64,000 nt of DNA, taken from assembly GCA_020353515.1 (NCBI GenBank), contig CP070695.1, positions 4,561,414 through 4,625,413 on the forward strand, given 5' to 3'. The DNA comes from Candidatus Heimdallarchaeota archaeon. Lineage in GTDB: Archaea; Asgardarchaeota; Heimdallarchaeia; Hodarchaeales; Hodarchaeaceae. The notes beneath the pieces were generated by a model that saw only the letters and a program-made list of their open reading frames with translations, searched no databases and had not been told where the DNA came from. The position numbers and the translations under genes were made by a program. The stretch's first letter is position 1, and each line of letters starts with the position of its first letter. Shown in pieces: positions 1 to 7,691 of the stretch.

Positions 1-1
1 A

Positions 2-169
2 ACAGTAGGTATCCAAGCAGGACACATGAAACTTCATGCTCGGAACTTAGCTGCTTCAATGGGAGCTAAAGGGACAGAAATCGACGCTATTGTTCAAAAA
101 CTAGATGAAAGAAAGTTAAAAGTCACATTTGACACCGTAAAAGAGATTTATGATGAGATAAAATCTTAA
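2..169 (+). CDS. mvaA: Class II HMG-CoA reductase, C-terminal fragment (gene starts before the window)
   Basis: Frame +2 reads TVGIQAGHMKLHARNLAASMGA...EIKS*. GIQxGHMxLHARN is the catalytic-His flap motif of class II HMGR. Not in the ORF track. Confidence 0.85.
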   Translation, partial: TVGIQAGHMKLHARNLAASMGAKGTEIDAIVQKLDERKLKVTFDTVKEIYDEIKS

Positions 170-176
170 GAGTTAA

Positions 177-872
177 TCAATCATCATTTAGAAGGTTTAG
201 ATTGTCTATATACTCTAAACCATCATCTATTTTGTTATTTTCCTCCCATAAGTCTCTTCCCATCAGTCTCAACCTACAAGTAGTCTTCAATAGGTTTAAT
301 TTTATCAAAAGGTTTACTAAGATCCTGCCAGTAGCTCCCCAAATAATCTCACCCTGATAATCAAAAAAAGGTACTTTGAATGTGAGTTTGTCTTTATATG
401 TCATTTCTTTTATGTAAAACTGATCGGGAGGAGTTAAATCGGATAACGGGGTTTCTAAAACATAATCGATTTCAGATTTGAGAATATTACCACCATCAAC
501 CTCTCTAATGTCTTCGATATATCCAATAACTGGTGTGACAACATACTTACTTATTGTTAAAAGATCATCAAGCAAACCGATGACATGAATTTTTTTTATG
601 CCTAATTCTTCATCAATTTCTCGCAGAGCTGTAGAAATAATGTCTTTATCTTCATCATCTTCGAATCTCCCTCCTGGGAAAGATATTTCTCTTTTATGAT
701 GGCGTACGTTTTCAGTTCGACGTGTGAAAATTAAGTTCCAACTCTTCTCACGATGAACGAAAGGAATTAGTACTGCTGCTCTTTGAAAACCCTCTGTAAG
801 ATCAATGATTAAGCGAGTATCACTTTGAAGGACTAAATGTAACTCTTCAAGACATATTGGTAGATTTGGCAA
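177..872 (-). CDS. Nudix hydrolase, CoA pyrophosphatase (PCD1/NudL) family
   Basis: AAVLIP, LIFTRRTENVRHHKREISFPGG (CoA-diphosphatase motif), Nudix box ...TALREIDEELG, C-terminal IWGATGRIL. Confidence 0.9.
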   Translation of the reverse strand: MPNLPICLEELHLVLQSDTRLIIDLTEGFQRAAVLIPFVHREKSWNLIFTRRTENVRHHKREISFPGGRFEDDEDKDIISTALREIDEELGIKKIHVIGLLDDLLTISKYVVTPVIGYIEDIREVDGGNILKSEIDYVLETPLSDLTPPDQFYIKEMTYKDKLTFKVPFFDYQGEIIWGATGRILVNLLIKLNLLKTTCRLRLMGRDLWEENNKIDDGLEYIDNLNLLNDD

Positions 873-1126
873 TTATAGATCTCAATCGATTCCTTTGAAG
901 CTTTCTTTATAAAGTATATTCGTACTGTACCTTGTAAAGGGATTTATTTGGCTGAAATAGTATTCATATGAATGTCTTCGCACTTTTAATTGCACTTCTC
1001 TTACAATAACCTTTAATAGTAATTTAATGACTTCTCCATTCCGCTAAGTATTTAATTTGCAGATATTTATTAGATCATCGTCAAATATTATACAATCCAA
1101 CACTACATGATCTGAGGATTAAGAGA

Positions 1127-1510
1127 GTGCCTTTCATCAATATTTCATTTGCAGAAGCAAACCAAACCTTACAAGATCCATCAACTATTATTCAATTATT
1201 AAAAGAGAAGAAAATTAACCCCAAAGAGGCTAGTCTTTTGGAAAAATTAGGCCTTTATTCCAGAAATCGTCTTCCAGAAGTACTTGATGAAATCAGGACA
1301 CTTTGCGATGAAGCTTTTGGAGTAAAAGCTGAGGATGCCTTCCAAAGATTGTCTCGATTCGTAAAAAGCCAAAATAAGCGTGTATCTTGGGTTATTTTCT
1401 CAAGAACATTTCAATCTATTCAGTACGATGACCGAAATCCCCTAGAAGACTACAATCCTCGAGTATCAGAGGTCTTGACAATTACCTCAAAATTTAAAGT
1501 CATCAAATGA
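1127..1510 (+). CDS. Hypothetical protein, first gene of a 3-gene operon
   Basis: 127-aa ORF, GTG start preceded by a GAGGA-like RBS; 6-bp gap to the next gene. Confidence 0.6.
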   Translation: MPFINISFAEANQTLQDPSTIIQLLKEKKINPKEASLLEKLGLYSRNRLPEVLDEIRTLCDEAFGVKAEDAFQRLSRFVKSQNKRVSWVIFSRTFQSIQYDDRNPLEDYNPRVSEVLTITSKFKVIK

Positions 1511-1516
1511 GCAAAA

Positions 1517-3289
1517 GTGACACGAATGCAGTCATCAGATTGTGAAAAATTAGTGGAAGAAGCAACAGAGGCTTCTAAACATTCTCTTGATGTATCAGCT
1601 AAGATTTTTGAAGATGCAGCGAAGTGCTTTGATAAACTAGGAGATCGAAGAAAAGCTGGTCAATACCTCACATTAGCAGGTGATTTTTTCCTTGATTTGG
1701 ACAATAAAGAGAAAGCAGCCACTTGTTATGGAAAAGCAATTATGAGACATTTGATGATTGATGACATAGATACTGCTGAAATTCTACTTGAGAAAGGAAA
1801 AGAATATGGATTTTCCTCATCAACACATCAATATAGAATCGCATTAGATGCACTAGAAAGGCAAACTACCACAAAAATTGAAGAAGAGATATCTGAGGAA
1901 CAGGTACCTGAAATTGAAGTGCTCCCAGAGATTGATATTCTACCAATCGAAGAAGAAGAGGACCTAATCCCCCTCAAATCTGACTTATTTTCTCTTGATG
2001 AAGATGTTCAGCCAAAAAAACAAGAGTTCATTATACCTCAGCTTGAGAAAGAACAATCATCTACCTTAAGTTCATATGCAGTACTTGCTGCGGTATCCCA
2101 AGCAACCAGAGAAAAATCAACACAAGAAATAAAAACGAACGCATTTGTTAAGAATACATCTGGGGAATCACAATTCTTAGAACCTCAATTTGAACTGAGC
2201 CCTATCCAACCTATTGAAACATTACCAGTTTTAAGTGGTAAATCCACAATTGATCATTCAACTGAAGTAGAAACAAAGGATGTGGAGGTTCCAACTGAAT
2301 CGTTAGATGAATCAGATACCCTTGATTTAGATTATGCTGCAAAGGCTGAAATTACAAATGAATTTGAAGATGAATTAGTTGATATTGAAATTATTAACAC
2401 CATCCCTTTCAATTTTGAAGTAGTTAAAATTAAAGCAGATTTTAAATTGGATGAAAAAAAGCCAACGAACGAGGGGTTGGTTTTCACTTGGAAGAAAGAT
2501 AGGATTGAACCAGGGGAGAAGATTTCTGTCGAATATATTCTAAGAAAGCGTGTAGAACGTTCAATAGTCTTACGAAAAGAAAATAAAGTTTCCGTAGTCA
2601 ATTTATTTCATTCAGTCCAACAGCAGATGCAAGCAAATTTAGATTTTGTGAACACATCTGGAAAGGTTTTTTATGAAATTTTGATCGAGGATGTCATCCC
2701 CCCAGAACTAATCGTTAATGAAACAAAAACAAATAAGAAAATTAAACCCGTAACGATACCTACACATGATAGTACTCTTTATCGATGGATCTTCAGTAGC
2801 CTCCCCCCAGGTGACAACTTCTCTGTACTTTATGAATTCCGAGAAAAACCTCTAACTAGGCATTATAAAGATGAAATTGATTGCACAGATGGCTTAGTTC
2901 GAATTGAAAAGATTTCACAACCTATAGTAGACTCAAATCAATATGAATATATGTGGTTATTTTTTGTGGAAAAACCAATACCTGATAATATTACTATCAT
3001 TGATCGAATTCCTTCAGATTTTAAACTCTTACTAGTAGATCCTCCCCATTTAAATCCTTCTATTAAGAAAGAAAAGACTCATCAAGAACTAACTTGGCGA
3101 TTAAGTCCTGAGGAAGTTCCTACAGCAATAATTTTAAGAATAAGTGGAGAAGAATCCTTTACTCCATTAGCACCATCCATTGAGTTCGCTCGTGGAGATG
3201 AAATCCAACTTATTGAACGATCTACGTCATCAGAGAAAAAATTAGTTGATATTCGCCGATTAAGTCAGAGTCAGAAGGAGTCGAAGTAG
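1517..3289 (+). CDS. SNAP/TPR-like helical N-terminus, acidic linker and C-terminal tandem beta-sandwich domains
   Basis: N-terminal SAKIFEDAAKCF...AGQYLTLAGDFF...AATCYGKAI resembles alpha-SNAP-like helices. A long E/P-rich linker follows, then three repeats of the type (N/D)xIP..F.V...W (INTIPFNF..FTWK; EDVIPPEL..YRWI; IDRIPSDF..LTWR). Confidence 0.65.
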   Translation: MTRMQSSDCEKLVEEATEASKHSLDVSAKIFEDAAKCFDKLGDRRKAGQYLTLAGDFFLDLDNKEKAATCYGKAIMRHLMIDDIDTAEILLEKGKEYGFSSSTHQYRIALDALERQTTTKIEEEISEEQVPEIEVLPEIDILPIEEEEDLIPLKSDLFSLDEDVQPKKQEFIIPQLEKEQSSTLSSYAVLAAVSQATREKSTQEIKTNAFVKNTSGESQFLEPQFELSPIQPIETLPVLSGKSTIDHSTEVETKDVEVPTESLDESDTLDLDYAAKAEITNEFEDELVDIEIINTIPFNFEVVKIKADFKLDEKKPTNEGLVFTWKKDRIEPGEKISVEYILRKRVERSIVLRKENKVSVVNLFHSVQQQMQANLDFVNTSGKVFYEILIEDVIPPELIVNETKTNKKIKPVTIPTHDSTLYRWIFSSLPPGDNFSVLYEFREKPLTRHYKDEIDCTDGLVRIEKISQPIVDSNQYEYMWLFFVEKPIPDNITIIDRIPSDFKLLLVDPPHLNPSIKKEKTHQELTWRLSPEEVPTAIILRISGEESFTPLAPSIEFARGDEIQLIERSTSSEKKLVDIRRLSQSQKESK

Positions 3290-3310
3290 CCTTCATACTA
3301 CCAAGAATAT

Positions 3311-5242
3311 ATGGAATTACCAGGAATGGATATTACTATTCTAGCAGTACATTGGGATGATATTTCAGGCCCATCTATCATCTCATTATTCCCGCATACG
3401 ACTTTAAACGATCCTGAATCCGTTGCACTGCAGATTTATCTCGCATCAGTGACAGTTTTTGGCCAACATGGACATTCACAAAGAACTGAATTTTCTGTCC
3501 CTTTGTTAAGCCTAGGTCAAGATATCACAGCCCGTGTGGCATTTGATTCATGGCCTGATACATCCTTACGGGGAAAAGAGCGCCCTTTCTTTCTAGCTTT
3601 TATAACAGATCAGACTACAGGAGAAACACTCAAATCTCACCTTAATAATTTTTTTTTTGAATATCTTGATAGTTTGAAGAATGAGAAGTCGAATTTTTCA
3701 GCACAACAAGTCTGGGAATCCGTAATCACATCATTTCAAGCTCCAAAGGATAAAGAATTTGATGCCATTTCTTTTGAAGTCGATTCGGAATATGCTATCC
3801 CACGAGCCCTCACAGATCTTGAAACAGCTAAAGATGCTTGGGAGAACCTCAAAGATAGAAGTCAATTATGGACCGCTTTACGTGTTGCAAACCGATTAGA
3901 GAATGTTGATGATAAAGGAGCAGGATCTGCTTTCTCATTAGTTGGGAAAATCCTCTTAACGGGACACAGTTATCAAGAGGCAGGAGAAGCTTTTGAAAAA
4001 GCGACAAATTGTTACAATCGAGTTCGATTATTTGAGGAAGCCGGAGAAACCTCATATTTAGCTGGTAAATGTGCGTATTATTTAGAAGAATATGAAAAGG
4101 CAATTGATCTTATTCAAGCAGCAACCTTATGGATAAAAGATCCTGCTTTAGTCGCGTCACTAAATTATGACATGGGTATTGTACTCCATGAACAATCACG
4201 TTATGAAGAAGCAAATGTATGTTTTGAAAAGGCAGTTCGATTAGCAACAGATTTAGATACACAAACCGCAGCAGAATACTCTTCAACTTTTGCTAGTAGA
4301 TTGATGTATCAAGCAGAAAAAGAAAAAGAAGAAAATCCTGCATATGCTCTTGGACTAATCCGAAGATCAGCTGATCAAAGAGAAGAGGCCTCACGATTGC
4401 TACAACTGACTGAAGGAGGCTCTCAAACCGCAGCGACATCACTGATATTAGCCGTGAGTGCATATTTTTCACTCGGAAACAAAGAAATGGGGGTTAACTT
4501 ATTAGAGAAAGCAATAGATCTATTTATTGACGCGGAAGATTATATATCTGCAAGCAGGTCGTTATACGATGGTGCTCGGATGATTAGAGATGAAAAAAGA
4601 TCTTATGAGCTACTTTCCCGAGCACTAATTTTGCTGCAAGAAAAAGAAGCTAATTTTCAAGAGGATCGTTTAGTGGGATTAATTTCTTTTGAGAAGGGTA
4701 AAATAGAGGAAAAAATGAACCAGCTCTCAAACGCTCTTAACTCATTCGAGAATGCTATCATTCATTTAACTAAATCGGGCGCTCCCGAGCTAGATTTAAT
4801 ACCTATCCATATTCAATACGCTAATACCCTATTTAAGCTTGAAGATTTTGAAAAAGCTGCAGAATTCTTTCTCACAGGTACTAAAGGATTATCTTCACTT
4901 CTTCCAACAGAAACAGTTGTTGATCAAAAGAAAAAGGCACTCATGAATGCTTTAATTAGTTTACGACGAGCTAGTGCCGCTTATCATAACGCAGCGACCA
5001 TAATTTTAAAAGAAAAGGATGAAACCCGTGCAATTACGATGTTTGCTCATTCTGTTTCTCTTCTAATAGAATGGGTTGAAAACAATCCCAAAGATAATCA
5101 AAACGAAGTAAGAAAAGTGATTGGAACCCGTATCTCGCGATTATCGGTTAAAAAGGATCTTCTTTTGTTAGCGGAATCAAAATTCAAGATTGACTCAATG
5201 ATTGAAAGTTTGGATATGGCTCTTCAAACTTTTCGGACGTAA
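3311..5242 (+). CDS. N-terminal longin/uDENN-like domain fused to SNAP/TPR-like helical repeats
   Basis: ILAVHWDDISGPSIISLFP matches the FDxxxGPxI hairpin typical of uDENN/longin folds, with an LRGKER-type motif downstream. The remainder is TPR-like (EAGEAFEKA, YEKAIDLI, YEEANVCFEKA, FEKAAEFF). Confidence 0.65.
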   Translation: MELPGMDITILAVHWDDISGPSIISLFPHTTLNDPESVALQIYLASVTVFGQHGHSQRTEFSVPLLSLGQDITARVAFDSWPDTSLRGKERPFFLAFITDQTTGETLKSHLNNFFFEYLDSLKNEKSNFSAQQVWESVITSFQAPKDKEFDAISFEVDSEYAIPRALTDLETAKDAWENLKDRSQLWTALRVANRLENVDDKGAGSAFSLVGKILLTGHSYQEAGEAFEKATNCYNRVRLFEEAGETSYLAGKCAYYLEEYEKAIDLIQAATLWIKDPALVASLNYDMGIVLHEQSRYEEANVCFEKAVRLATDLDTQTAAEYSSTFASRLMYQAEKEKEENPAYALGLIRRSADQREEASRLLQLTEGGSQTAATSLILAVSAYFSLGNKEMGVNLLEKAIDLFIDAEDYISASRSLYDGARMIRDEKRSYELLSRALILLQEKEANFQEDRLVGLISFEKGKIEEKMNQLSNALNSFENAIIHLTKSGAPELDLIPIHIQYANTLFKLEDFEKAAEFFLTGTKGLSSLLPTETVVDQKKKALMNALISLRRASAAYHNAATIILKEKDETRAITMFAHSVSLLIEWVENNPKDNQNEVRKVIGTRISRLSVKKDLLLLAESKFKIDSMIESLDMALQTFRT

Positions 5243-5267
5243 TTACTCAAACTTCCCTTTGGAAGTA

Positions 5268-7529
5268 CTAAATAAACTTCGGTTTTAACTGATCAATGAG
5301 TTTTTCTTTCTTCATCTGCAGCTTTTCTTTTCGTTCATTCATACGATTGATGATTTCAGAATGTTTACTTTCAGAAATCTCATTATTGAGAAACTTTTCA
5401 TCAGCTGCATTTATAGAGTCATCAATGCCGGAGATAGCTTCTTCTATCTCTAGCAATTGAGGATCTTTTTGTGGATCATCAATGAGATCGAAAGTTGCGC
5501 TATCTGGGCTTGGTTCTTCAACTTTCTTGTCGAGCTCCTTGAGATCCTCATCTGATTTGTGAAATAATTTGACAACTTTTTCCCTATCGTAATGCTTGTT
5601 TTTACGCTTTGTTCCATGTCGTGGGGGTTTTGGGGGCCTTGGGGGCGTTGGGGACTTTAAGGATTTTAAACCTTTGATTGCCTTTAAACCTCTTCTAGGA
5701 GTATCAGTTAAAACTTCGTCCTCCCCTACAATGAATCCTAATTTCTCTCCTCCTGATTCTGCAAATAACAGCTGAGGATCTTCTTTAAAAAGAGTTTCAA
5801 CCCGCTTTGTAAATAATTGATTGAAGTTATGTTGATCCTGTATAATCCTTGATCTCATTTCTTCTAAATCAAGAGGATCCCCTTCTTGAATATCTATTCC
5901 AAAAACCCGTACTTTTTCTCCTTGAGGTGTTTCTATAACAGAAACAAATGGAGTTTGTACAAATGAATAATCAGGGGTTTCTAAAACTGTTACAAATCCA
6001 CCAAGGATTTGTACATATTGTCCAACACCTTTCATTTCAATTACTTTAACAATTCCCCCCAAAATATGAACCAATTCTAACATATTAGATTCAAAAACGT
6101 ATATTCCAGGTAATCTTACCAAAGAATAATCTTCAGTTTCTGTAATTGAATACTTAGATGGAGTGGCATCAACTGAGGAAAAAATACCTTGCGGCCCACG
6201 CCATGCTTTCAGGTCATTTATTGCTCTTTTACTCTTTTCAAAAATATCGGTTACAGCTTCAATCCCGACATTTTTCAGTTCTGTCTCTGTTAATTCGCTC
6301 ATATCTTTAGGGGTCAACTGAAGCTTTACTTTATCCCATTCTTCAGGTGGTAGCCAGATAGTGGTGGTGCCATCAATTTCTTGTTTTTTCGACGTATCCT
6401 GATCTTCGGTTTTTGTCTCTACTTCTGACTTTCCCATAAGAACTAAAGCTGTACCCTTCTCTGTGACTGTTGGAACTGCAATTGTCCCTTTAGCTGCAGT
6501 TAAGGATGTTTTCCCCTTACTTACAAGTTTCATATGGTCAGTTGGAATAGTATACACTCGTTCTGGTTTTTTAAACTCTGTGGCTTGAATTGTTTGAGCG
6601 AAACTTTGAACACGATTGCCAAGCTGACTTGTTGGGTTTATTGCTTGACCTGTGACAGCGTTTGCTAAAGACCCAAATTTATTTTCCTGCGTTTTTGGGG
6701 CAAAAATTAGAATAAAACCTATCAATAAGCTTAAGAAAGAGGTGAATTGAAAGATTTGAAGATATGCTGAACCAACCCATTGGAGTAAAAGAAAAATTAG
6801 AAAACAAAAGCCGCCAAATAGAAAAACATCACGCAATCTTTCCGTTCGGGATCTTAAGGCTTGATATTGATTAAACAAGTCAGTAGCACTAACTGCAGAA
6901 ACTGAGACTTGTTTGGGAGATACTGGAAGCAGACTACCAAGCAAGTACAAAAAGAATGAAATAATGAGCAAAGCATTAAAATCTATAAAAGGAAAATAGA
7001 CAGGATTGAATAGGTAAATTCCCTTAAAAACGTAAATTATCAAAGATACTGTCCAACAAGCTTGAAGGATCTTTTGGATATAGAACCAGTAACCCATTTT
7101 CAGAGTTTGAAAGGAAAAACTGTTCCACAAAATTACAAGAGGGATAATAAGGCTTACAATTGTTCTTTCGAGGTCACCATATGTAAATCCATTCAGATCA
7201 GGAACAACATAATTTGGAGTAGAAATTAAAATCAGAACAAAGAAAATAAAAATCTTTCCCGCACGATTCATTGGAGATGCTGCGGATTTATCATCCTCTA
7301 TGAGGTATTTATACACAGGTATGATTATAAATAGGGCGATTACACCAGTGAATAATGTCGCACGAAATATCACATTTTGTGGGAATAGAAATGCTGAAAG
7401 CCACCAGAATACCAACAGAAGCAAAAAGACTAAATCAAGAAAAGTTCTGGGTTTGAAAAATTGTTCAGTCTGGTCTAAAGCAAATCCTTCTAAAGACCGA
7501 TATTTTGGCAATTGAAATTGTTCCGTCAC
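5268..7529 (-). CDS. Multi-pass membrane protein with a large cytoplasmic C-terminus (beta-hairpin repeats, Pro-rich segment, helical hairpin)
   Basis: About 8 hydrophobic segments in the first 280 aa, followed by a beta-rich repeat region, PTPPRPPKPPR and a C-terminal coiled coil. Confidence 0.75.
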   Translation of the reverse strand: MTEQFQLPKYRSLEGFALDQTEQFFKPRTFLDLVFLLLLVFWWLSAFLFPQNVIFRATLFTGVIALFIIIPVYKYLIEDDKSAASPMNRAGKIFIFFVLILISTPNYVVPDLNGFTYGDLERTIVSLIIPLVILWNSFSFQTLKMGYWFYIQKILQACWTVSLIIYVFKGIYLFNPVYFPFIDFNALLIISFFLYLLGSLLPVSPKQVSVSAVSATDLFNQYQALRSRTERLRDVFLFGGFCFLIFLLLQWVGSAYLQIFQFTSFLSLLIGFILIFAPKTQENKFGSLANAVTGQAINPTSQLGNRVQSFAQTIQATEFKKPERVYTIPTDHMKLVSKGKTSLTAAKGTIAVPTVTEKGTALVLMGKSEVETKTEDQDTSKKQEIDGTTTIWLPPEEWDKVKLQLTPKDMSELTETELKNVGIEAVTDIFEKSKRAINDLKAWRGPQGIFSSVDATPSKYSITETEDYSLVRLPGIYVFESNMLELVHILGGIVKVIEMKGVGQYVQILGGFVTVLETPDYSFVQTPFVSVIETPQGEKVRVFGIDIQEGDPLDLEEMRSRIIQDQHNFNQLFTKRVETLFKEDPQLLFAESGGEKLGFIVGEDEVLTDTPRRGLKAIKGLKSLKSPTPPRPPKPPRHGTKRKNKHYDREKVVKLFHKSDEDLKELDKKVEEPSPDSATFDLIDDPQKDPQLLEIEEAISGIDDSINAADEKFLNNEISESKHSEIINRMNERKEKLQMKKEKLIDQLKPKFI

Positions 7530-7691
7530 GTAAATTCAACCTCTTCATAAGAATGGTCTTTAATAGCCGATTAGTGGTTGTATTGTAAGGGTTGCTTCTC
7601 TTACACTTTCATGTATGAGTCTTACCAAACACCTTTAAATAGTGTAGTTTTGTGGTATTAAACTAAAAAAGTATTAAATCGGTCAGTCAAT

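Noticed and set aside
993-7605. Shared 11-mer cttctcttaca in two intergenic regions (~995 and ~7595)
   Set aside because: Only two copies of a short AT-rich word; compatible with chance.
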